This document shows positions 35,652 through 48,770 of a stretch of DNA of 64,000 nucleotides, in pieces. The notes beneath the pieces are model-generated. The model did no database searches. It was not told the DNA's origin and was given only the letters and a program-made list of their open reading frames with translations. The DNA is from Malacoraja senta (Eukaryota): contig CM075997.1 of NCBI GenBank assembly GCA_038087875.1, forward strand, positions 3,970,001 to 4,034,000. Direction: 5' to 3'. Both the position numbers and the translations under genes were made by a program. The stretch's first letter is position 1; each line of letters starts with the position of its first letter.

Positions 35652-36185
35652 GTTCATTCCTTCATTTCTTCATTCATCCATTCATTCCTTCATTCCTTCA
35701 TTTCTTCATTCATCCATTCATTAATTAATTAATTCATTTATTCCTTCATTCATCCATCCATTCCTTCATTCATTCATTCATTCATTCCTTCATTTCTTCA
35801 TTCTTCCATTCATTCCTTCAAGAATTAATTCATTCATTTATTCCTTCATTCCTTCATTTCTTCATTCATCCATTCATTCCTTCATTAATTCATTCATTCA
35901 TTTATTCCTTCATTCCTTCATTTTTTCATTCATCCATCCATTCATTCCTTCATTCATCCATCCATCCATCCATTCATTCATTCATTCCTTCATTCATTCA
36001 TCCATCCATCCATTCATTCATTCATTCCTTCATTCATTCATCCATCCATCCATTAATTCATTCATTCCTTCATTTCTTCATTCATTCATCCATCCATTCC
36101 TTCCTTCATTCATTCATCCATCCATCCGTTCATTCATTCATTCCTTCAATCATTCATTCATTTATTCATTCATTCATTCATTCAT
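35652..36185. repeat. (TTCA)n/(TCCA)n compound tetranucleotide microsatellite
   Basis: Direct inspection. Confidence 0.95.
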
Positions 36186-37967
36186 AAAATAGAGTATATG
36201 ATAGGTGAAAGGCTGCAGATTAATAAGTACAGGGAACAATATAGGATAATAATGTGACATGAAATCATAGGCTGATCATAAGTTTAAATGTTAACAACAG
36301 AATAGTTGAGGTCCTGATAAATAATTCATTGTGTTTTTGTTTAAGAAGGAACTGCAGATGCTGGAAAATCTGAAGAAGGGTCTCGACCCGAAACGTCACC
36401 TATTTCCTTCGCTCCATAGATGCTGCCTCACCCGCTGAGTTTCTCCAGCATTTTTGTCTACCTTGTGTTATTGTAGTAGGTTTAGTTTGGAGCTCTTCAG
36501 GATTATATCCAATTGACATGTTTGAGATGGTCCACAATGCAGACGGGACTTGATAGGTGATAAATCAGTTTAGGGTATCCCGAGTCTATGACAGCCTTTC
36601 AACAAGGGTCCATCAGCAGATACCTGCTTTGCAAATACAAATAATAATTGGTCAGATAATTTCCTTTTCATATAGAAGCAACTTCAACGAAGGATGCGAT
36701 CCCGTAGCTTCACAGGAGCATGAGACAAACAATTTCATCGGCCAAAGCAGATTTTGGGAAGGGATAACTAAAAGGTCTGATCAACTGGAGAGGTTTGGAG
36801 GGGAGCTCCTGTGTATAGGATTTAAATGTCTCGGAGTGCACAGTGGCACAACAAAATGTATAAGAAGGAACTGAGTTTAAATGCTGGTTTAAACTGAAGA
36901 TAGACACAAGAAGCTGGAGTAACTCAGCGGTTCAGGCATCATCTCTGGAAAGAAGAAATGGGTGACAATAGACATTAGGTGCAGGAGTAGGCCATTTGGC
37001 CCTTCGAGCCAGCAGCGCCATTCAATGTGATCATGGCTGATCATCCCCAATCAGTACCCCGTTCCTGCCTTCTCCCCATATCCCCTGACTCCGCTATTTT
37101 TTAGAGCCCTAGCTAGCTCTCTCTTGAAAGCATCCAGAGAACCAGCCTCCACCGCCCTCTGAGGCAGAGAATTCCACAGACATTTCGGGTTGAGACCCTT
37201 CTTCAGACTGGTTAGGAAAAAGGTAAAAGAGAGATATAGACGGTGATGTGGAGAGATAAAGAACAATGTATGAAAGGTATGCAAAAAAGTAACGATGAGA
37301 AAGGAAACAGGCCATTGTTAGGTGTTTGTGGGGTCAAAACGCAGGTGGCGCTGCTGCCTCACAGCTCCAGTAACCTGGGTTCAATGCTGATCTCCAGTGC
37401 TGTCTGTGTGGAGTTTGCATATTGTTGTGAGTGTTTCCTCTGGTTGCTTTGGTTTTCTTCCCATGTCCCAAAGATGCACAGGTGAATTGCACACTGCAAA
37501 TTGCCCCTGGTGTGTGAGAGGGGAGACTTTACATGAAGCTGATAATAGTTAAGGAGAATGAGTGGTTGACAGTCAGTATGGGCTAACTGGGCTAAATTCC
37601 ATGCTGTATTCCTGACTATAAGACATATATGGTGGTATTGCAGCCTTACAGCGCCAGAGACCTAGGTTCAATCCTGACTACGGGTGTTGTCTGTACGTTC
37701 TCTGTAAACCACATGGGTTTTCTCCAGGTGCTCCGGTTTCCTCCCACATTTGACAGATGTGCGGGTTTGTAGGCTAATTGACTGTCCCCTGTGTGTGGGA
37801 TAGAACTAGTGTACGGGTGATTGCTTGTCACCGCAGACTCAGTGGGCCGAAGGGCCGGTTTCCATGCTGTATCTCCGAACTATAAATGCACACAATGAAG
37901 GCATAAGGATCCTGTAAAGGGCCAGGATTGGTGTGTGGGACAGTTGCAGTCAGGGAGAGTTGAGTAA

Positions 37968-38465
37968 AGGGGCTGTCCCACTTGGGCGACCTAATTGGCG
38001 AGTTTAGAGCTTAGGAGAGCTTGAAAAAATGTCATGTTGAAGACCTCCTTCGACTATGTTGAAGACTAGCTTTGACTTCGTGAAAATTGGACACTGAATA
38101 GTGGAGAGTGAAGACGACCTCCTTCGACCTCCTTCGACCTCCCTTCGACTATGATGAAGACTATCTACCTTCGGCTACCCTCGATTACCTACGACTAACA
38201 TGCCGACCTACTACGACTAAACCTACGAGTAAAAAAAGTCTTGATTTTTTCCATGGCGATCTTATTGTACTTGCGGGCATTTTTCAGCATGTTGAAAAAT
38301 ACGCCGCGACCTAGCTGAGGCCTCGAGTACGCGGAGACCACTCTCGAGCATGAAGCAGAGTTACGAAGACCTCCTACGACCTCGTGTCGACCATGCTGCG
38401 AGTATGAGTCGAGGGCAAACTCGCCAGAACTCGCGGATTAGGTCGCCCAAGTGGGACAGGCCCCT
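37968..38465. mobile_element. PIF/Harbinger-like MITE
   Basis: TIR ctgtcccacttgggcgacctaat / attaggtcgcccaagtgggacag; TWA flanks. Confidence 0.78.
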
Positions 38466-39328
38466 TTAATGGATGGATTGACAGCTCAGTCCACAACTGT
38501 TGGTGAGCAGAACTTGAGGGAGGACGTGGGTACGTGAATTTCAGCTGAAGTTGAACATGGAAGGAGGCGGAAAATGAAAAAATGTTCAAGAAATCAGTGG
38601 AATAATCAAATCCCTCTATAACAGCTTTGACTAGTTGGTGGATTCTGACATACCGACTGTTTTCATGACAATTAGTTCATTTCCTTGGCCGTGATAGTGG
38701 AACACTGAAGATTCAGATAAAAAATTCAACCACTTTTGTTAATATGAGTTTAATAATTCATGGAACAAAAAGCATTTCACAAAATATACAAGCATCACAA
38801 ATTATATAATTCCAAAAGCATCTCGTCTGGAAACCTGATAAGTGTACATCCTGTTAGCAGCCGTGCTCTAACTGTGTGTAAAATCTGTAACAATAACAAT
38901 TTTATTTCCTCAATATTACCTTGACTTTTCAGCCCTTAATCAAACTACATTGTGATCACTCAAGTTTAAGTAGGAGGTGGTGGGGAAAGGTGATTGAGAT
39001 TTAACTAGAGTATGATTCATGTCACTCTGTACAATAGAGTCTCCACAAACTGTATATTTACTAGTATGTTGCCTTCTGATCCAATTATGCCACAGAATTA
39101 ACCTAGAAAATGATAACATAGCCTTGGAGAGAGTGCAGCAATGATTCACCAGACTGATTTCTGTGATCGTGGCCCCGTGTCACCTGACCGAAGTTGCCTA
39201 GACGTCTAGTCCCCACACCTCGATTAGTTTAGTTTAGGTTTTTTTTTGTAATATTTATTTTATTAGAAGCAATTGTACAAGGAGAAAGTAATCGACATAA
39301 CAATGATACAATTTTTGTACAGCTTCAG

Positions 39329-40094
39329 TTTTTTTTTTTTTTTTTTTTTTAAATTTGTATTTTATTAGAAGTACATTACATTACAACCACATACATTAGT
39401 ACTTGTCATTTATATCTTCTTACAATTAATGTACTCCATTTATTTTTTACACTAGAAAAGGAAAAGATTGAAAGAAAGAAGAAAGTGAAGGAAAAAGTGA
39501 GAGTGTAGGAAATGTGACAACAAAAAAGGACAAAGACCCTATAAGAGCAAAATTAAAAACAAAAGAAAAAAAGTTAAGAAATAGACCCTAGGAAAGCAAG
39601 AGAGAAAGAGGAAAAAGAGAGAAACAAATATTTTTATGAGCATTACGTAAATGGGACATACCAGCTCTTCAACTTTCATCCCCCCTTACCTGACCTCAAT
39701 TTTTTTTTTTTAAGTACTTTTGCACCCTATGTTTGTAATAATTCTATAAATGCAGACCACGTCAGGTGGAAGTGATCTGGTTTACCTGCTAGGAGGAGTC
39801 TTATCTCTTCTAGGTGTAATGTTTCAAACATATTTGAAATCCACATATTTATAGTTGGTATTGGAGCCTTCTTCCAAAATTTTAGAATTAGCTTTTTTCC
39901 AGTTATTAACCCATAGTCCATTAGTTTCTTTTGAAACACATTTAGATCTGGACCATCTTCCGTTATACCGAAGATAATCCATTCTGCTTTGGGTATCAGT
40001 CTTGTTTTAAATAACTTTGTAAAGATTTCAAAAATTTCATTCCAAAATTTTTGGATTTTTGTACAAGAAACGAATGAGTAGCTTCTTGGGATTG
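39329..40094 (-). mobile_element. L1-clade LINE 3' fragment inserted into another L1-like 3' end (about 39238-40445)
   Basis: SCTKIQKFWNEI...KKLILKFWKK.P.PTI..W L1 ORF2 C-terminus; poly(A) as T-run 39329-50; TSD acagcttcagtttt at 39319 and 40095; 3' UTR copy also at about 31430-31820. Confidence 0.8.
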
Positions 40095-40449
40095 ACAGCT
40101 TCAGTTTTAACATTTTATAAACTGATAAGTGAATCGGAAAAAAGTAAAAAGGAAAGAATGAAATGGAAGAAGAAAGATATGAAGTAGAAGCAAAAACCCC
40201 TGAACTAATAAAGTGAAAAAAAAACAAAAAAAAACGGAGATATATCCCACTACCCTTCTATATATCTCACCTGACCCTAGCGTCGGTTTTGAATTTGTGT
40301 TCAACCATTCTGTTGTTGAAGAAATTCAATGAAAGGAGACCATATTTTGGAAAATTGGTCTGATTTGTCAGACAAGACAAGCCTTATTTTTTCTAAATGT
40401 AGTGTCTCGGTCATTTCTGTAATCCACATCTTCACTGTGGGAACATGAT

Positions 40450-40728
40450 TAGTTTAGTTTAGTTGAGAGATGCAGCACGGAAACAGGCGATCCCCGCACA
40501 TTAACACTATCCTACACACATTAGGGACAATTTTACACATACACCAAGCCAATTAACCTAAAAACCTGTACGTCTTTGGAGTGCAGAAGGAAGCCAAAGA
40601 TCTCGGCGAAAACCCACACGGTCACGGGGAGGATGTACGAACTCCGTACAGGCAGCACCCGTAGTCGGGATCGAACCCGGGTCTCTGGCGCTGTAAGGCA
40701 GCAACTCTACCGCTGTGCCACCATGGCC
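40450..40728 (-). mobile_element. HE1-like V-SINE
   Basis: A/B boxes, V-domain and tail. Confidence 0.82.
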
Positions 40729-41060
40729 GCCTTTAGATGATGGATCATCTAAATTTCTGACTGGGTTAGACAGACGGACAACTTGGAGAAAACGTTTCCC
40801 TTAGCTGCAGTGAGGGGAAAATGAGCTGTCACAGTTTCAGGAGATAAAGTAAGAGAACCATGATGAAGAGAATCATCTTGACTCAGAGGATGGTGGGCCT
40901 GTGGAATTGTAGAACTTTGCTGAGACCAAATTTGCCATATTGTGTGCATTTCTGGTCACCCCATTAAGGAAGAATATGGATGCTTTTGGAGAGGGTGCAG
41001 AAGAGGTTTACCAGGATGCTGCCTGGGTTTAAGGGTCTACCACCGAAGATCATGGAAGCC

Positions 41061-41203
41061 TTCTTCTTCTTCTTGTGTATGGCGTGCACAGCCTAAAGTT
41101 GTAGGACAACTTGTTCTATTTGATCTTATTTGATTGTGCACGCCGGGTTGATTGCATTCGTCGAAACAGGACGGACCACGTGAAGGTTGCAATCTTCCAC
41201 CCC
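41061..41203 (-). mobile_element. about 140-bp ribozyme-headed non-autonomous retroelement (Vingi/Ingi-like tail)
   Basis: TSD atggaagcc (41052-60, 41204-12); tail gcacgccatacacaagaagaagaagaa; copies at 52817-52950 and 35168-35238. Confidence 0.8.
41150..41203 (-). ncRNA. predicted minimal (54-nt) HDV-like ribozyme
   Basis: GGGGUGG-AA-GAUUGCA-ACC-UUCACGU-GGU-CCGUCCU-GU-UUCGA-CGAA-UGCAAUC: P1, P2, P3, L3, P1.1 and J4/2 all present. Confidence 0.78.
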
Positions 41204-42284
41204 ATGGAAGCCAATGCTACTGGATATATATTTGGAGGTTAATGAAGGGGAAGCATAGGAATTGAGATTGAGGTTTGCCCAATAATCGAATGGCAGTACG
41301 AGCTTAAAAGGGACAAATAAGCTCCTACTCCTATTTTCTATGTTCTTAATCTATGATTAGGAAATCACCATCAGTAAGAGTAGGATCTATGGGCAGATGC
41401 TTCTTCCCCACAGTCATCAGGCTATTAAACTCACCATCAAACAAACTCTGAACTATAACAGCCTATTGCACTTTATCTGTTTATTTATGTGTACATATAT
41501 GGTCTATGGTATATAGACACACTGATCTGTTCTGTATTTATGCTTACAATACTCTGTTGTGCTTCAGCAAAGCAAGAATTTCATTGTCCTATCTGGGACA
41601 CATGACAATAAACTCTCTTGACTTGACTTGAAGAATGTTGCTTAAACTTTACACATGTCAACGCAAGTTCAACAATTCGCAGTCTGACCATTGGTAGAGT
41701 AGGTAGACAAAAATGCTGGGGAAACTCAGCGGGTGAGGCAGTGGTGCGAAGGAATAGGTCTTGGAGCAAGGTCTCGACCCGAAACGTCACCTATTCCTTC
41801 GCTCTATAGATGCTGTTTCACCCGCTGAGTTTCTCCGGCATTTTTTCCTACCTTCGATTTTCCCAGCATCTGCAGTTCTTTCTTTAACATTGCTAGAGTG
41901 GGAATTATCAGTCGCATGTTTAATTCCACATCACCAGTTGTCCCCAGATGCCATCAGCAAACGTCAGGTAGTGTAGCTGTGTTACGTAGAGTACGAGATC
42001 TGTGACAGCACACAATAACCAGAACACGCGACTCCAAGTGCGTCTCACTGAGCAGTCCCACAAACCATTCTGAAATCATTTCTGTTCATCCAAAGGCTAT
42101 GGTGGCATGAAAGCCTCTTGCCCTACAGCATCCTGAACGGGCACCAGACCCAGCAATTGCCGCGCTTCAACGTACGGATTGCACCTGGAGGGGAAGAGTG
42201 CCAGCTCACTATAAATTAGTGTGATCATTCCTTTCACTTCAAAAGATGCCACTGAGATGAGTATTCAGGCTACTTCCTTAAGAG

Positions 42285-42528
42285 TTAAAGAAGGAACTGC
42301 AGATGCTGGAAAATCGAAGGTACACAAAAATGCTGGAGAAACTCAGCGGGTGCAGCAGCATCTATGGAGCGAAGGAAATAGGCAACGTTTCGGGCCGAAA
42401 CCCGGAAGGGTTTCGTCCCGAAACGTTGCCTATTTCCTTCAGGGTTTCGGCCTGAAACGTTGCCTATTTCCTTCGCTCCATAGATGCTGCTGCACCCGCT
42501 GAGTTTCTCCAGCATTTTTGTGTACCTT
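42285..42528. mobile_element. fold-back Penelope-terminus mini-element
   Basis: Inverted copies of the Penelope terminus; 15-bp direct repeat ctacttccttaagag (42270-84, 42529-43). Confidence 0.75.
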
Positions 42529-42589
42529 CTACTTCCTTAAGAGATTCAGTATGTTGACAAATACCCTATTGAACTTCAACAGGTTGATA

Positions 42590-43145
42590 CATAGATACAT
42601 AGACAATAGGAGTAGGCCATTCGGCCCTTTGAGCCAGCACCGCCATTCAATGTGATCATGGCTGATCATCCCCAATCAGTACCCCGTTCCTGCCTTCTCC
42701 CCGTACCCCTTGATTCTGCTAGCCCTAAGAGCTCAATCCAACTCCCTTTTGAATGCATCCAGTGAATCGGCCTCCACTGCCTTCTGTGGCAGAGAATTCC
42801 ACAAATTTCCAACTCTCTGTGTGAAAAAGTTTTTCCTCATCTCAGTTCTAACTGGTCTACCCCTTATTCTTAAATTGTGGCCCCTGGTTCTGGACTCCTC
42901 CAACATCTGGAACATTTTTCCTGCATCTAGCATGTCCAACCCCTTAATTATTTTATACGTTTCTATAAGATCCCCTCTCGTCCTTCTTAATTCCAGTGAA
43001 TACAAGCCCAGTCGCTCCATTCTTTCATCATATGACAGTCCCGCCATCCTGGGAGTTAACCTCGTGAAGTTAACCTCCTGGGAGTTAACCTCGTGAACCT
43101 ACGCTGCACTCCCTCAACAGCAAGAATGCCCTTCCTCAAATTAGG
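42590..43145 (-). mobile_element. CR1-clade LINE 3' fragment
   Basis: MAGLSYDERMERLGLYSLELRRTRGDLIETYK...NLWNSLP. Confidence 0.88.
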
Positions 43146-43864
43146 TGACTAGTTTGCATCACCTGGCTTAGTTCAGCAACTTGAACGCCCAGGAAGACTA
43201 CAGAAGTGGTAGACACATAAATATGTGTATATATTTATAGAATGCCTTGTAGTAAATGCCTACTATGTTCTGTTGTGCTCAAGCAAAGCAAGAATTTCAT
43301 TGTCCTACCAGGGACACATGACAATAAACTCACTTGACTTGACACTTGAATTGACGTTACCCGGTCCATCCCAGCAACTGATGTTGGACGCTTCTATGGG
43401 AGGTCCTCTCAAAAAGGCAGCCAACATCAAAGGCCCACACCATCCTGGCCATACTCTCATTTCACACCTACCATCGGGAAGGTACTACAGGAGCCTGAAA
43501 ACTTTGGCCATCGGGTTCAAGAACGGCTTCTTCCCAGAAGGGTCTTGAACACTACATGACATGAACCTCAACAACCATAATCTTACATGGACAGTGTCCT
43601 TGGTTGCACCATGGACTATGGTTCATGCACCTGTGCTACCTAGTATATGGTTACGGATTTATCGTATTTTTGATGATATATTATCTGCATACTATTCCTT
43701 TTACAGGTCCGTACGCTGCTGCAAGAAGGAGTTTCATTGTTCCCTTGTAGGTACGTGTGACAATTAGATCCTCTTGTGTCAAGACAATAACCTCTCCCTC
43801 AATGTTGGCAAGATAAAAGTCGGTTATTGACTTCAAGAAACGAGTTGCAGTACATGCTTCAATT

Positions 43865-44437
43865 AATAGACAATAGACAATAGGTGCAGGAGTAGGCCAT
43901 TCGGCCCTTCGAGCCAGCACCGCCATTCAATGTGTTCATGGCTGATTATCCCCAATCAGTACCCCGTTCCTGCCTTCTCCCCATATCCCCTGACCGCTAT
44001 TTTTAAGAGCCCTATCTAGCTCTCTCTTGAAGCATCCAGAGAACCTGCCTCCACCGTCCTCTGAGGCAGAGAATTCCACAGACTCACAACTCTCTGTGAG
44101 AAAAAGTGTTTCCTCGTCACCGTTCTAAATGGCTTACCCCTTATTCTTAAACTGTGGCCCCTGGTTCTGGACTCCCCCAACATCGGGAACATGTTTCCTG
44201 CCTCTAGCGTGTCCAAACCCTTAACAATCTTACATGTTTCAATGAGATACCCTCTCATCCTTCTAAACTCCAGAGTGTACAAGCCCAGCTGCTCCATTCT
44301 CTCAGCATATGACAGTCCCGCCATCCCGGGAATTAACCTTGTAAACCTACGCTGCACTCCCTCAATAGCAAGAATGTCCTTCCTCAAATTAGGGGACCAA
44401 AACTGCACACAATACTCCAGGTGTGGTCTCACTAGGG
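43865..44437 (-). mobile_element. CR1-clade LINE 3' fragment
   Basis: RPHLEYCVQFWSPNLRKDILAIEGVQRRFTRLIPG. Confidence 0.92.
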
Positions 44438-45559
44438 TTTCTGTACACTAGGGCTAAAGTAGTCTTGATGGGCGGGTGTGGGCAAGTTGGGCCGAAGGGC
44501 CTGTTTCCACGCTAGTACACTCTATGACTCTATTTGTCACGGGGAGGGAGATGGATAGATAAGGAAGGGAGAAGGTGTGAAAACAGGGCAAAGGGAATGA
44601 AGATCAAGGACAAGTATCAATTAAACTTCGAGATTGTTGAGAGCTTCAATTTCAGAGCTATAAATATTACCAACAATTTGTACTGGACCAACCATACTGA
44701 AACTTTGGGTAAGAAAGTCCACCAATGCCTCTACTTCCTCAATAAATTCAGCCTGTCTACAACGATGTTACCAACTTCTACAATCAGAGCATGTAAAAAT
44801 GATCCTACTGGCTCTTATTACAACTTGTTTTGGCAACAGCTATGCCCAAGACCACACAAAATTGCAGAGAGCTTGAGGTCCACCACACACAGCAGCCTAA
44901 GGTAGACACGAAATGCTGGAGTAACTCTGCGGGACAGGCAGCATCTCTGGAGAGAAGGAATGGGTGACGTTTCGGGTCGAGACCCTTCTTCAGACCTTGG
45001 ACACCTCTGCAGACACAACACCGGAAATAACATGGGGCATTTTGAAGGATTACAAAAAAACTATTATTAGCATAAAATATAGTGTAGATCAGAGTCTCTA
45101 GCCCAGAGTAGGGGAATCGAGGACCAGAGGACATAGGTTTAAGGTGAAGGGGGAAAGATGTAATAGGATTCTGAGGGGTAACTTTTTCACACAGTGGGTG
45201 GTGGGTGTATGGAACGAGCTGCCTGTGGAGGTAGTTGAGGCTGGGACTATCGCAACGTTTAAGAAACAGTTAGACAGGTACATGGATAGGACAGGTTTAG
45301 AGGGACATGGGTCAAATGCAGGCAGGTGGGACTCGTGTGGATGGGACATGTTGGACGGTGTGGGCAAGTTGGGCCGAAGGGCCTGTTTCCACGCTAGTAC
45401 ACTCTATGACTCTATTTGTCAAGGGGAGGGGGAGGGAGATGGGTAGATAAGGAAGGGTGAAGGTGTGAAAACAGGACAAAGGGAATGTAGATCAAGGACA
45501 ATGTAGAATAGATCATTGTTAGCTGGGAGAAGGTCACAACAAAGCAAACAGAGATTAAA

Positions 45560-45762
45560 GGTACACAAAAATGCTGGAGAAACTCAGCGGGTGCAGCAGC
45601 ATCTATGGAGCGAAGGAAATAGGTAACGTTTCGGGCCGAAACCCTTCTTCAGGCCCGAAACGTTACCTATTTCCTTCGCTCCATAGATGCTGCTGCACCC
45701 GCTGAGTTTCTCCAGCATTTTTGTGTACCTTCGATTTTCCAGCATCTGCAGTTCCTTCTTTA
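45560..45762. mobile_element. fold-back Penelope-terminus mini-element
   Basis: Inverted termini; direct repeat aaacagagattaaa (45546-59, 45763-76). Confidence 0.72.
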
Positions 45763-46669
45763 AAACAGAGATTAAATGTGGTCGGAGACAGTAAAACTGG
45801 TCGCTGAGTTACTCCAGCATTTTGTGTCCATCTTTGGTTTAAAGCAGCATCTGCAGTTCCTTCATACACACAGAGCAGCCTCCCCAAGTCCATCTACACT
45901 TCACTGCCAGCATAATCAAGGACCATTTGCAACCTGGTCATTCACTTTTCTCCCCTCTCTGGTTAGGCAGAAGACACAAAATCTTGAACGCATATACCAT
46001 CAGATTCAGGAGCAGCTTCTTCCTCATGGGGCTGTCCCACTGTACCAGCTAATTCAAGACTTCTCCCGAGTTTCCCCTGATTCGAACTCGGAGAATTACG
46101 GTAATGGCCAGTCGCAGGTACTCGGGGCTCTCGTGGACATTTTTCAACATGTTGAAAAATCTTCACGAGTCTTCCCGAGCTTACCGCGTTTCTCAAATAC
46201 CTGCCGTTAGCGTTACGAGCCGCTAAGAGACGTCCCCGAGCTCCGACGTACCCGCTACGTACATTCTACGTGCTTACCACGAGTTTGATTTTTTTTTTTT
46301 TAAACTCGGGAGAGCTCTTGAATTAGCCCCTTCACTGTTATCGGTCTACTGAACAGTTCTCTCATAAACTAAGGGTGTAGTCCCAATCTCCCAGCCTACT
46401 CCATTTCAGGTCTTGCAGCTTTTTAAAAATCTACACTTTCTCTGTAACTTTAAAGCTGCAACACCACAAACTGCAGCCTCGGTATTTATCTCCGTGAACT
46501 ACTTGTGAACGACTGGATTGTACTCCTTCATGTCGGGTATAACTTTAAGGCAAAGCTTCTCACTGTATCTCAGTGTAAGTGAGAATATACCAATACCATA
46601 TAGTTGGGCCTTGGTTTAAATAATTGATGGCATCTCTGATCATGTTGCACTCTCATTAAAAAAACTAAA

Positions 46670-47106
46670 ATAGACAATAGACAATAGGTGCAGGAGTAGG
46701 CTATTTGGCCCTTGGAGGTGATTCAATGTGATCATGGCTGATCATCCCAAATCAGTACCCCGTTCCTGCCTTCTCCCCATATCCCCTGACTCCGCTATTT
46801 TTAAGAGCCCTATCTAGCTCTCCCTTGAACGTATCCAGAGAACCGGACTCCACCGCCCTCTGAGGCAGAGAATTCCACAGACTCACCACTCTCTGTGAGA
46901 AAAAGTGTTTCCTCGTTTCTGTTCTAAATGGCTTACTCCTTATTCTTAAACTGTGGCCCCTGGTTCTGGACTCCCCCAACATCGGGAACATGTTTCCTGC
47001 CTCTAGCGTGTTTAAGCCCTTAACAATCTTATATGTTTCAATGAGATGCCCTCTCATCCTTCTAAACTCCAGAGTGTACAAGCCCAGCTGCTCCATTCTC
47101 TCAGCA
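46670..47106 (-). mobile_element. CR1-clade LINE 3' fragment
   Basis: MEQLGLYTLEFRR...GYGEKAGTGY. Confidence 0.9.
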
Positions 47107-47517
47107 ATGCTGGAAATATTCTCAGGTCAGGCTAAATCTGTAGTTAAATTTCCAGCACCTGTAATCTTTGATTTCTACTCAACGACAGCTTCATTACTGG
47201 TCTGGATTTTTTTGGATTGGCATTCACTTCTGATAGACAAACCACTGCTGAAACTATACATTGGGACCTTCTGGGAATGTGAACGAAATTCAGAACTATT
47301 CCTAACCTCTTCTATAATCCATACTGTACGGTTATCAAACAATCATAGATTTTTAAAAGAAATTGTAGATTTTTGAAATTATAGAACGATTTAACAGGAA
47401 CCTGAGGGGAAGGGTTTGCACACAGAGGGTGGTCGATGTATGGAACCAGCTGCCAGAGGAGGTAGTTGAGGCAGGGACTATAGCAACGTTTAAAGACATT
47501 TGCAGATGATGGAGTAA

Positions 47518-47880
47518 AGGGCCTGTCCCACTGTACGAGGTAATTCAAGAGCTCCTCCCCAGTTAAAAAACAAAACAAACTCGTGGTAAGCACGTAGAAT
47601 GTACGTCGCGGGTACTTCGGAGCTCGGGGACGTCTCTTAGCGGCTCGTAACGCTAACGGCAGGTACTCAGGAAGACTCGTGAAGATTTTTCAACATATCT
47701 CAATTTTTTCAACAAAGACAAAGTCCTCAACAGGTCAAGCAGCATTCTGTGTAATAATGTTGAAAAATGTCCACGAGAGCCCCGAGTACCGACGAGCGGC
47801 CATTACCGTAATTCTCCGAGTTCGAATCAGGGGAAACTCGGGAGAACTCTTGAATTACCTTGTACAGTGGGACAGCCCCT
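47518..47880. mobile_element. PIF/Harbinger-like MITE
   Basis: Clean TAA TSD (47515-17, 47881-83) splitting the repeat sequence ggagtaactcagcggg. Confidence 0.85.
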
Positions 47881-48449
47881 TAACTCAGCGGGTCAGGCAA
47901 CATCTCTGGAGAAAAGGAATAGGTAATGTTTCGGGTCGAGACCCTTCTTCAGACAGTTGGATAGATATTTGGACAGGTACATGGACAGGATAAGGTTTAG
48001 AGGGATATGGGCCAAGCACAGGCAGGTAGGACTAGTGTAGATGAAGCATCTTGGTCGGCATGGTTGTGCGGATGCTGCATAACTCCATGACTACTAACAT
48101 TTTAATAGGAATCTGAGGGGGAGCTATTTCACTCAAAGAGTGGTGGGTGTATGGAACAAGCTGCCAGAGGAAGCTGTTGGGCAGGGACTATCCTAACATT
48201 TAAGAAACAGTTAGATAGGTACATGGATAGGACAGGTTTGGAGGGATATGGACCAAACGTGGGCAGTTAGGACTAGTGTAGATGGGACATGTTGGCTGGT
48301 GTGGGCCGAAGGGCCTGTTTCCACACTGTATCACAAAGACAAAGTCCTCAACAGGTCAAGCAGCATTCTGTGTAATAAGAAGCCATTAACCTTTTAGTTA
48401 CAGTGTTTAAGAAGGAACTGCAGATGCTGGAAAATGTTTTTTCTTTCCG

Positions 48450-48770
48450 CTAGGCGGAGGAGAGTATCAGTAGACGGGGATTAGTTGGTTCTGCAGTCGA
48501 GGAAGAACCGGAGGGCTTTAAGACCCTCCTGGTGGGGGATGGAGGTGTAGAGTGACTGGACGTCCGTGGTGAAGATGAGGGAATGGGGGCCTGGAAAACG
48601 GAAGTCATGGAGTAGACGAAGGGCGTGTGAGGTGTCTTGAACATAAGTGGGGAGGGATTTAAGCAAGGGGGATAGGATGGAGTTGAGATATGTGGACATA
48701 AGTTCGGTGGGACATGAACAGTCAGAAACAATGGGTCTGCCAGGAGTCAGGTTTGTGGATTTTGGAGAAA
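48450..48770 (-). mobile_element. Penelope-like reverse transcriptase fragment
   Basis: PKIHKP...PIVS.CSCPTELMSTYL..ILSPL...TYVQDT...IFTTDVQSLYTSIPH.EGLKALRFFL. Confidence 0.85.

Noticed and set aside
36557..36874. 105-aa ORF or possible exon after an acceptor-like ttccttttcatatag
   Set aside because: No recognisable homology and a weak donor; unsupported
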